Origin: Paraspadella gotoi
Taxonomy: Eukaryota > Animalia > Chaetognatha
DNA length: 64,000 nt
Assembly (NCBI GenBank): GCA_051294375.1
Contig: CM119267.1
Coordinates: 23,189,486-23,253,485 of the forward strand
Direction of reading: 5' to 3'
This document shows positions 53,101 to 64,000 of the stretch, in pieces. The first letter of the stretch is position 1. The number at the start of each line of letters is the position of its first letter. The position numbers were made by a program, and so were the translations under genes. Under the pieces are notes generated by a model. That model had not been told where the DNA came from. It saw only the letters and a program-made list of their open reading frames with translations, and did no database searches.

Positions 53101-55843
53101 CCCAGGCGTTGCGTTCCATCCACAGTCCTAACGACTTCCCTCTGCGTTGGCAAAGCGAGAGCGTCCTAGGGTAACCGCGCCAGTGACATGAGGAGTCATT
53201 GAGGGTCGGAAGCCCCCAAAGCAAACAGTAGGATGCCCCATTCCAATGGGCATGACAGGCAACCCACTGTTGCCATGTGGTCACCTTTTGACATTCCTGG
53301 AGATTAATACGCTCCAGAGGTGTATGGGAAAACGAAGAGCAAGGTTTTTCTTAAAGAATTTAACGGAAAAAGAAGAACAAAACGAATGGAAGAGAATAAT
53401 TTCTCGGGGAAAAAATTAAAGGAATTCAGATGTCTTAATATTTTAATATTTGTTATTATTTTTGTGGTATTAATATTTGGTTAAAAATTAAACCGTAACA
53501 ACAAAAATATTTTTTTTATTTCTTTTTTTTTTTAAATTCTTTAAAAAATTTAATTATAATATTTTTTTTCATTGCTTTTGATAAATATTTATAAAATAAC
53601 AGTTTTTATTTGTGATAACCACAATCATTTAATAATTCGGATATGTTTTGGTTCTTGTTTTTTGAACCTTCATCAACCAGTTTTAATAAATATTTGGATA
53701 CTAACTTAGAGAGATAAAGAGAGAGAGGCAATTTTAACCTTGATATCTCTCGCTCTCTCTGAATTATTAAATGACCATTGTAATCATAAATAAAAACTCT
53801 GTTACTTTGTAAATATTATTATTATATTTTTTATAAATTTATTAATATTTAAATATTATTTTTTGAAATGTTAAATTATTGTATACTTAAGCCAAAATTT
53901 AATTTTAAATTTAACTTTAATTTACCTATAACCTAATTTACCCCTAAGCCAAACTTACCCCTAACCTAAACTTACCTCTACCCCTAACTTACCCCTAACT
54001 TACACTTAACCCTAACTTACCCCTAACTTACCCTTAACTTATTTTTAACCTTAATTTATTTTTCTAGTTAATTTATTGTAATCTTAATTTTTACCCAAAT
54101 ATATATTGGTTGTACCAATTTCATATAACAAAAATAAAAAATATTAAAAAAAAATTATATCTGAATTCCTTCTTTTTTTTCCCGAAACGTTATCCTCTTC
54201 CGTTCCATTTCGTTCTTCTTTTTTCCGTTAATTCTTTAAAAAAAACCTTGCTCTTCGTTTTCCCATAGGCCTCCAGAGGGCATTGATCTCCAAGAATGGC
54301 AAGAATGCCATTAAGTGTAAGTTAAGGTTAAGTTATGGTTAAATTTTAAATTAAGTTTCAGCTTAAGTATATGATAATTTAAAATGTTAAAAAATAATAA
54401 ATTAATATTAATTAATTTATTAAAAAATATAGCCAAAAACAAGTTTTTATTGGCAAAAAAAACGATTTTTTTGAATTTTCATAAGCGTTTTGATGAGCTA
54501 AGTCTTTTTTATTATTGGCATGGAGTTGGTGAGAGAGAGATAAAGTTTTGTTGTTAAGTGAATATTAAGAAAGGTTTATTAATATGCCAATACAACAATT
54601 TTACAACATGTTTCAGAGTCGAAACATATACTCTTAATAATACAAAATTGTTGTATTGGCATATTAATAAACCTTTCTTAATAAATAAATTAAATAAAAT
54701 TGTTGTTTCTGCCAATAAAAACTATCGTTTTTTGCTAATTCCTAAAACAACGGAAAAAAAATATACAATGTATAAAAAATATAATAATATTTAAAGAAAA
54801 ACGATTTTTTTTTATAGCAGAAAGCACCATCTAATAAAAATTGTAAAAGTGTGTAACCATAGGAAGCTAAAAATTTAAATAGTTTCTAATCAATAAGATC
54901 TTTTAAATTTGGATGTTTCATATTGTTACACGCATTTGTTTGTTTGTTTTATTATAAAATTTTTATATATATAAAAAAGTTCAGTGGATGTCCAGCGGCT
55001 GTCCAGCTTCTCTCTCTCTCTTTTTCTTTCTCTCTTTTAATTATATGTTGCTTTTTCTCCGTCGCTGCCTCTTCTGATTCGTTTAAAAACTAGTTGAGCT
55101 CTTTCTCTCTCTCACACAAGCGTGTTTTATTTACGATGAATTACTCATCGCGTCAATGAATGACTATCGTCGTATCAATGAATGCATCAAACATTTGGTT
55201 ATCATCGCATCAATTATTGGTTTTTATCGCGTCAATTATTAGTTTTTATCGCTTCAATTATTGGTTATCCTCACATCAATATTTGGTTATCATTGCATCA
55301 ATAAATTATTATTATATCAATCAATTATTATTATATCAATCAAACATTTATTATTACATCAATCAATCAATTATTATTATATCAATCAATTACTATTATA
55401 TCAAACAATCAATCAATTATTATTACATCAATCAATCAATCAATTATTATTACATCAATCAATCAATCCAATTATTATTATATCAATCAATCAATTATTA
55501 TTATATCACTATACTTTTAATATTTTTTTTTAATCTTCTTTCTCTTCGTTTTCCTATAAGCCTCCCTAGCGTATTAAAATCCAGAATCGCCCAATTTTTA
55601 TTATTTACTTAGCATATTTGCTTACAACTACGAATAATGAATTACCCTCTTTGTTTTTTGGAAGACGAGCGTTCACATTAACTGTTGAAAAAAAAACAAA
55701 AAAGCTTGAAAAATGAATTTTTTTTTCTCTCAAATTTTTTTCTCATTTAAAATTTTATATCCATTCTACTTACCTAAGTAAGATTCTAATAATGAATCGA
55801 ATTCGGCCTCTACTGTTGCGTTAATTCTTTCTTGGCGCTTCAT
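47155..55843 (-). CDS. Six-domain globin, 1149 aa; exons 55843-55774, 55681-55646, 52979-52550, 52010-50669, 50574-49528, 48747-48618, 47723-47436, 47261-47155
   Basis: All seven junctions are phase-consistent (3450 nt, one GC donor). Recurrent globin motifs: A-helix L..Q...L..SW, CD-corner P....F, F-helix G..H (GFEH, GADH, GYNH, GSFH), H-helix AW.KF/RF. Confidence 0.82.
47907..48394. mobile_element. hAT-type MITE, same family as 19420-20030
   Basis: TAAGGCGTAGTGAAAGTT start, CTACGCTTTA end, similar internal blocks; TSD degenerate. Confidence 0.7.
53019..53277 (+). mobile_element. Solo LTR, same family as 43447-43708
   Basis: Long colinear match (gtggcggtatattcacaccgcctcacgtcca...ctgttgccat); A box TGGCTCAGAGGG, B-box-like GTTCCATCC; no clean TSD. 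Confidence 0.72.
53290..54300. mobile_element. Foldback/MITE with ~140-bp imperfect TIRs and internal CCCTAA-like repeats
   Basis: 53290-53431 is the reverse complement of ~54158-54300; (cttacccctaa)-type repeats at 53925-54050. Confidence 0.75.
55135..55505 (+). repeat. Degenerate minisatellite (ATCA/ATT-rich) related to the 7553-7655 array
   Basis: atcgcgtcaatgaatgactatc units decaying into atcaatcaattattatt units. Confidence 0.7.
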
Positions 55844-56621
55844 TTTTTCAGAATATTTTCATTTATCTAATCTCGCTAGCGTATTAATCAGCAATCAGTA
55901 TATTCGTTATTCCGCTCACATTAGAAAATTAGATATTCCTTTGCCAAAATATAGTATTCGGTTTCTTCAGCTGCTCCAGTATGTTTTATTCAAGTCTTAA
56001 TACGCTTACGAGATTCTACGTTGTTGAGCCAAAAACAGTTGCTTCCGGGCAAAACACTTTTCTTCGCGGTTAAACGCCGAAGTATCGGACGATTCTTACG
56101 CTCCCGACATTCGGCCAATTAAGTGACTCCCAAAAGGTGAGAATTCGTTTAACATGACGAACGAGCCGCTCCTTTCCTCTTTCCCCAATGGATTGATAAA
56201 GAATTGATTTATTGTAAAAACTGTCGATGAGCACGGAATCTTTAGGAACGAGTCAACGCCGCGGAGGGCGATAGACTTTTGTTCTCCACCTTTTTATATT
56301 TTTTTCCGATTATTAGCGCATCCTGTCGGCAGAATATGTTCCCCATCAGTTGGACTTATGTCTTCCAGGAGTTGGACTTCCGAGAAAACCGCAACAAATA
56401 AATCTATTTAAAATCGCTACATTATTTAACAGCATTGTTACACAATAGTTAAAATTCCTGGTTTCCATTGGCAAAGCTAGCTTTTTAGATCTTGAGTGTT
56501 TTTATTTTTAAGCATTGATTTATTATCCTAGTCCTTCCAAATCTCTATAACATTAAATTGATACATAGTTAGAAATGGCCAGCTTTTCCAAAAAGAAACC
56601 GCGACCCTTTATTTCCTCCTC

Positions 56622-59600
56622 TCAAATCCCCGTTTCCATGGCGAGGAGAACGTCATTCGAATTCGCCATCCGCATTTCACATCCGGTCCGCTTGGCCACC
56701 GCCTCCAGCTTGCCGGGCGGCTGCCGCTGCTGCTGCTTCTGCTGCTGTTGGGACGCCCGGGGATAATGATTTTTCGAGTGAATCTGAGTGACGGCGCTGT
56801 TACGAAAATAGGAACTGGTTTGTGAAGAGGTTATGGGTTAGAGCGGGAATACATAAGTAAAATTGGGTATATTACGCGGATTACGCATGCGTTTCGCCTC
56901 TGTAAGGGCTTCCATTAACTCATTAAAAGCGGATACAAAACGGTTTTTGTCTTTGAATTCCCTTATACCCGGATCCGACGTGTCCGTTAGGCGTGGAACC
57001 GTGAAGGAGACGATGAAGCGGATTGACGGTCGTCGTCATCGCGGACGGAGCGGCGGCCGAGTCTTCGTCGGCGTCGACGCAAGTGTCGGAGGTCGCGACT
57101 CGAGTCACGTCGCGTTGACGAGGATTTTGGGAGGCGTCGACGGCCAAGTCCGAGTCGGGGATGTCGATCAACACTGCTCCGCTTCTCGTTTTGTCAGATC
57201 CCTCTGTTGAAGATTGTCGCGAGTGTTATTGGATTTTAATATGAGGCTTAATATTAATAATGCTATTACCCGTGGAGGAAGAGGAGCTCGACGAATCGGA
57301 ACCGTTCATTTCCTCCCACTCTCTTGGAGAGACTCTCGGCATGTCAGGAATTGGAATGGTAAAGTGAAACCTCGAATAATCCACTTTGAATACTCCATCC
57401 TATTAGAAACGTGATAATATTTCAAATAGTATAATAATATAAAATAATAATGGCAAAGATATTTTTCTGCGTTAACGAGAACTGACCTGGTAATGAACGA
57501 GACGCTCAAAGCACCGACCCCAATATATTTCACTCGGCAAATATGATGTCCTTACTTGAGTAGACATTCCAGTTGTTTCAACGATTCCTGATGGAATTTT
57601 ATTCTTTAAAATGATATTTCCATCGAGATAATACCGAGATGACAGAAGGTAATAAGACTTTCATTTTTATTATTAATCATGAAAAAAATAATGATAGAGA
57701 ATAGGAGATTCTTATCACATTCTCTCATATGATAAGTGCATACTGTATAATTTAGTGATGGCTTTGATGGTGTTAATGGTGTTATCGCTTGCAACTTGGT
57801 TTATAATTGGGACAGTAATTCGTAATCTCAAGAGGAATACTAACATCGAAAAGAATGTAAAGCAAGGCTTACTTTCCTTTACATACTGTAAAATAAGTCC
57901 AAAAACTTAGTAACTCATTGTATTAGCAAAAACTAGAGAGTTTCACAGCAAACCAGAAAATGAAAATTTATCTGATAAACAAAAAATAAATAATCCAGAC
58001 CTTCAAGAATTACGACTAGCTCAAAATCGTCTTTGTACAAATCATTGGGAGTGATGTCCCAGAACGGAGAGTCCTCGTCAATTTCATGGCAAATGGTAAT
58101 AGGCCAGACAAGGAAAATGCGATCACACCCGTCATCAAAGCCCACGTTGACGTCATACTGATACATTGGGAGGATCTCACCCTCGCGAGTTACCTGATGA
58201 AAAACTTTAAATATAGATGTATATTTCTTTAATACATTGAGAAAAAAAATCAAAAGCGTGTTTTTGTAAGTTTTGTGTCGGAAACCTAATACCACGATCT
58301 GATTCGGTATTACCTATCTTGTACCAGCATGACGCCTCTGTGCTTAAAATATTATATTCTGAACATTATGCCCACCTTCAAATATAACTACTAATTCAAA
58401 ATCGTCTTTGAAAAGATCTTCTGGCGTTATTTTCCATAACGGTGAATCTTCGTCGATTTCGTGACAAATTGTGATCGGCCATACAAGAAAGATTCGATCA
58501 CAACCGTCATCATAACCTACGTTGACGTCATATTGGTACAGTGGAAGAATCTCACCTTCGCGAGTAACCTGATTACCAATAAAAAAATAGGTTCTGCTTC
58601 TTATTAATATATAATTAAACAACTGGTTAGTGTTTAAAATTCGCGGGAAAATTTGCCTATGCCTAAGCTTATAAAAGCTGTTATGTAGTAAGTTAATGTC
58701 GCTATATATAATTTTCTTCTTCTTAGGACTGCAAGANNNNNNNNNNNNNNNNNNNNNNNNNGATTAATTTTTTTGTTATTCTTTCGGATTTGGAAAAAGG
58801 AAAGACTGAATACATTTATTGAATAAAATGTATTACTCTATTTGCATGTATTTTTAGTTAAAATAAAAAACAACCAAAATACTTATAGTAGCATAATAAA
58901 ATGTTATTTTAAAATATATAAAATTATAAATTAAAAAGTTATTTTCAGTTTAATATAAACAGTTGGTTGTCTACCTTTTTGTCTGTGAAAAAATATCATT
59001 TTCATTATTTTTAACTGGAAACAAAAAGCTTGACCCACTGCTTGTTTAATGTTTATCATATTACAATTTTAAATAGATACAAATACAAACATATATTTTT
59101 TAATTTTATTTTATTATAATCTTTTATCATTTTTTTATATAAAACATCTAATATTCTGAATTTGAGCAAAGCTTTACTTCTTTAAAGATTTGGAAAAAAA
59201 ATATTCGACTTGACCAATGGTCATTCAGAATTTTAGTTTTGCAATAAAAATAAAGATATCAAAAAACGAAAAAACTCAGATTGTTCCAAAATTGAATGCC
59301 TTGAATCTGATATTTTTCAAAATTCAAAATTTTGGTTCATAGTCTAGATCTAAAATTCTGAACCAAAAATGTTTTTTACGAAAATTAAATTATTCTATCT
59401 TCTTCAATAATTAAAAATTAATTAAGCATATTATTCTTGCATATTAAGCAGCCAAATTTATCATTGCTCTTTTGAAAAATCTTTTGAGAAATCTTTGCTG
59501 TTGATGATGATGGTCTATTACAATGAACAAGTTCAAAATAGATAAAAAGAAAAAATTATTTTTGTAATTCTAGTAGCATAATTCATTTGCATTTTTTGTA

Positions 59601-62600
59601 CTATTCCCAAATAAAAAATTATTTAATAATGGGTCTGAAATATTGCTCTTTTCTGTAGATAATGAATATCTATTGTTAAAGCTTATTATGTATATTCGTA
59701 AGGTAACCAAGGCTTTTAACATAACGCTACTAAAATTTTTGTAAGCATTTTTCTGGACTTTTTGTCAGATTTCTTCTTTTCCTGACCCTATTGCCTTCCT
59801 TGTGGGCGGTTAACACTCATGGAGACAGTACCTTAGGTCACCGAGTACCAACCAACAACTATAGCTAAAAGATTATGAATAAATATGGCGACCAGTAAGT
59901 AAAAATGATCATAAGTAGGTGGGAAGCAAATTAAGCGTGATCTGTCTCTGCGTCACAAGTAATTATAATACGATGTCTTTCAACTTCTCCCTCAAGGCAT
60001 TTATGGTGGGTCTGATCTTCGCGAAACTGGCTCGACCCAAAAAACGAGCGCAAACTCTTGTGTTCAGCAAAAATGCTGTCATTTGTATGAGAAACGGCAA
60101 GTACTGCTTGTTATTTCGGGTCGGCGACGTTCGTAGGTCCCATCTTGTGGAAGCACATGTCAGAGTCATGGTGATCCGCAAGAAGGTAACTATTTGACGA
60201 TATTTCTTGTGTTTTTTTTACAATACACTAACGATTTAACCGCAAACGACTAGTGATAGTTAGAAACTTGAAAAACGACTTCATTATGGGGGATCAAGAG
60301 TTACAGAAATAAAACAGAAAGTACTAATAATTTAATGATTGACAAATTTTAGAAGTCGCTAGTTCATTTAGAAATTGCACTACCGACTCGAAAAAGGGGC
60401 AGCACGACACCGCAAACCGAGTTAAACTTATTTTGAGATTGAAACTAAGGGCACTGACCTCTAGTATCATGGGAAAAGTCAATATCTTGCATCGTCAGAG
60501 TGGAAATGAGTTTAAGACGCAGAGACAGATTACGCTTAATCTGCTTCCCACCCTACTTATGATCATTTTTACTTCACTGGTACTCGGAGTGTCAACCGCC
60601 CACAAGAAGGGCAAAAGGGTTAGGAAAAGAAGAAATCTGACAAAAAGTCAGAAAAATGCTTACTAAAAACTGTAGTAGCGTTATGTTAATAGCCTTGGTT
60701 ACCTTACAAATATACATAATGATCTTTCACAATAGATATTCATAATCAACAGAAAAAGAGCAATATTTCAGACCTATTATTAAATAATTTTTTATCTGGG
60801 AATAGTACAAAATATGCAAATGAATTATGATACTAGAATTACAAAATAATTTTGTCTTTTTATCTATATTTGAACTTGTTTGTTGTAGTAGAACATCATC
60901 ATCAACAGCAAAGATTTTCAAAAAGATTTTTCAAAAGAGCAATCTTTTGCCTATATGCATGATAAATTGAGCTGCTTAATATCAAGAATAATATGTTTAA
61001 TTAAGTTTTAATTATTGAAAAAGATAGAATAATTCAATTTTCGAAAAAAACATTTTTGTGTTCAGAATTTTAGATCTAGACCAAAATTTTGAATTTTGAA
61101 AAATATCAGATTCAAGGCATTCGGTTTTGGAACAATATGATGTTTTTCGTTTTTTGATATTTTTTTTATGCAAAACTAAAATTCTGAATGACCATTGGTC
61201 AAGTCGTATATTTTTTCCAAATCTTTAAAGAAGTAAAGCTTTGCTCAAATTCAGAATATTAGATGTTTTATATAAAAAAAATGATAAAAGATTATAATAA
61301 AATAAAATTAAAAAAATATATGTTTGTATTTGTATCTATTTAAAATTGTAATATGATAAACATTAAACAAGCAGTGGGTCAAGCTTTTTGTTTCCAGTTA
61401 AAAATAATGAAAAATGATTATTTTTTTTCACAGACAAAAAGGTAGACAACCAAACTGTTTATATTAAACTGAAAATAACTTTTAATTTATAATTTTATAT
61501 ATTTAAAATAACATTTTATTATGCTACTATAAGTATTTTTGGTTGTTTTTTATTTTAACTANNNNNNNNNNTCAGTGCCCTTAGTTTCAATCTCAAAATA
61601 AGTTTAACTCGGTTTGCGTGTCGTGCTGCCCCTTTTTCGAGTCGGTAGTGCAATTTCTAAATGAACTAGCGACTTCTAAAATTTGTCAATCATTAAATTA
61701 TTAGTACTTTCTGGTTTTATTTCTGTAACTCTTGATCCCCCATAATGAAGTCGTTTTCAAGTTTCTAACTATCACTAGTCGTTTGCGGTTAAATCGTTAG
61801 TGTATTGTAAAAAAAACACAAGAAATATCGTCAAATAGTTACCTTCTTGCGGATCACCATGACTCTGACATGTGCTTCCACAAGATGGGACCTACGAACG
61901 TCGCCGACCCGAAATAACAAGCAGTACTTGCCGTTTCTCATACAAATGACAGCATTTTTGCTGAACACAAGAGTTTGCGCTCGTTTTTTGGGTCGAGCCA
62001 GTTTCGCGAAGATCAGACCCACCATAAATGCCTTGAGGAGAAAGTTGAAAGACATCGTATTATAATTACTTGTGACGCAGAGACAGATCACGCTTAATTT
62101 GCTTCCCAACCTACTTATGATCATTTTTACTTCACTGGTCGCCATATTTGATTCATAATCTTTTAGCTATAGTTGTTGGTTGGTACTCGGTGACCTAAGG
62201 TACTGTCTCCATGAGTGTTAACCGCCCACAAGAAGGGCAATAGGGTCAGGAAAAGAAGAAATCTGACAAAAAGTCCAGAAAAATGCTTACAAAAAATTTT
62301 AGTAGCGTTATGTTAAAAGCCTTGGTTACCTTACGAATATACATAATAAGCTTTAACAATAGATATTCATTATCTACAGAAAAAGAGCAATATTTCAGAC
62401 CCATTATTAAATAATTTTTTATTTGGGAATAGTACAAAAAATGCAAATGAATTATGCTACTAGAATTACAAAATAATTTTTTTCTTTTTATCTATTTTGA
62501 ACTTGTTCATTGTAATAGACCCATCATCATAACAGCAAAGATTTTTCAAAAGATTTTTCAAAAGAGCAATGATAAATTTGGCTGCTTAATATGCAAGAAT

Positions 62601-64000
62601 AATATGCTTAATTAATTTTTAATTATTGAAGAGATAGAATAATTTAATTTTCGTAAAAAACATTTTTGTGTTCAGAATTTTAGATCTAGACTATAACCAA
62701 AATTTTGAATTTTGAAAAATATCAGATTCAAGGCATTCAATTTTGGAACAATCTGATGTTTTTCGTTTTTTTGATATCTTTATTTTTTATGCAAAACTAA
62801 AATTCTGAATGACCATTGGTCAAGTCGAATATTTTTTTCCAAATCTTTAAAGAAGTAAAGCTTTGCTCAAATTCAGAATATTAGATGTTTTATATAAAAA
62901 AATGATAAAAGATTATAATAAAATAAAATTAAAAAAATATATGTTTGTATTTGTATCTATTTAAAATTGTAAATAGATAAACATTAAACAAGCGTGGGTC
63001 AAGCTTTTTGTTTCCAGTTAAAAATAATGAAAAATGATTATTTTTTTCACAGACAAAAAGGTAGACAACCAAACTGTTTATATCAAACTGAAAATAACTT
63101 TTTAATTTATAATTTTATATATTTTAAAATAACATTTTATTATGCTACTATAAGTATTTTTGGTTGTTTTTATTTTAACTAAAAAATACATGCAAATTTA
63201 TAGAGTATAAGAGCTTTATTGGTAATCAAAATGTAATTCAGTCTTTCCTTTTTCCAAATCCGAAAGAATAACAAAAAAATTAATATCCCTTCATTAAAAT
63301 TTTAACTCCAAAAAATGTTATACTTTTAACTAGGTTTTAAACAAATCCTGTCTTAACATTTTTGGATAAAATTTATAGAAACTAGTTCAGAAATGTGCCC
63401 TATGATTAGGGCTTTAATTTGATACCTTGCCCACCATCCTATCTCTTTTCTTTCAAAAGTTATGCAAAAAAATAACTTTTTTTATCATCGGAGAACTAAG
63501 GATTTGAACTCCGCAGTACAAATCTTTGTTAAATAAAAAATTTCGGCAAAGCGGGAGTATCTCAATTTATCCTATTTGTATTATACCTAAATTTCAAATA
63601 AAAAACTAAAGAAAAATTTTTTTATCATTAGACATATCACTTTCAGTTGTACCCATCGTCTTACTCATTTATGGCTTATGGTTTAAGAATTCAGAGAAAC
63701 AAAGTATCTCGTCCAAATTTCAACTTTTACACTGTATTTTACTGTATCATTCAAGCCGAATCATATTTTGCATATATTTTTCCAGCATAACTGTCAGGAA
63801 GGGATGGCTTATTAGTACAAATGGTCAGACAAAGTAAATTCAATGACCGATAATTTTTTTTTCATGCACATGAAATTAAGCGTGATCTGTCTCTGCGTCT
63901 TGTATTATTTTGGTTAATCATTTTACAGAATGTAAAGACCTGAATCATGACGCCTAGTGCCGATTGGATCATCATTATCACAATAGCTTCTGGGCATTCC
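56622..64000 (-). CDS. Inward-rectifier potassium channel (Kir), 5' end outside the window; exons ..-63940, 62031-61843, [58568-58376 or 58193-58001], 57587-57487, 57401-57271, ~57203-56969, ~56815-56622
   Basis: M2 helix [20 protein letters not shown]|[78 protein letters not shown]|[29 protein letters not shown]. Confidence 0.9.
58762..60457 (+). repeat. Near-identical inverted copy of 61572-63284, including a + strand copy of the Kir exon (59997-60185); lies on a gap-bounded contig
   Basis: End-to-end reverse-complement match; N gaps at 58737-58761 and 61562-61571. Confidence 0.85.
62074..63899. mobile_element. Non-autonomous DNA transposon with perfect 27-bp TIRs, filling almost the whole Kir intron; another copy starts at ~60516
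   Basis: GACGCAGAGACAGATCACGCTTAATTT (62074-62100) and AAATTAAGCGTGATCTGTCTCTGCGTC (63873-63899). Confidence 0.75.

Noticed and set aside
55160-55612. ORFs rich in Y/I/N/Q
   Set aside because: Translation of a minisatellite.
59919-60197. Apparent second Kir gene on the + strand
   Set aside because: A single exon essentially identical to 62031-61843, on a gap-bounded contig with no partner exons on +.

Overview
Eukaryotic (invertebrate animal-like) genomic DNA with GC-rich exons, short AT-rich introns and three assembly gaps. I could splice ten genes by hand. On the + strand: GTPBP6/HflX, a ceramide kinase with a very long disordered N-terminus, a canonical ankyrin (~31 exons), USP20/33 (with an apparent frameshift), EXOSC7/Rrp42, two tandem FLYWCH-like paralogs and RNase T2. 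On the - strand: an 8-exon gene encoding a ~1149-aa protein of six tandem, highly divergent globin domains, and the 3' part of an inward-rectifier K+ channel with a duplicated, probably mutually exclusive exon pair. Repeats include several MITEs and a complete miniature LTR element (TRIM) plus solo LTRs whose LTRs carry tRNA-like Pol III boxes. Main highlights: the six-domain globin, the tRNA-bearing LTR elements, the Kir exon pair, triple LxxIxE motifs in the kinase, and four GC-AG introns. All gene models are manual inferences from splice signals and remembered family motifs; no searches were run.
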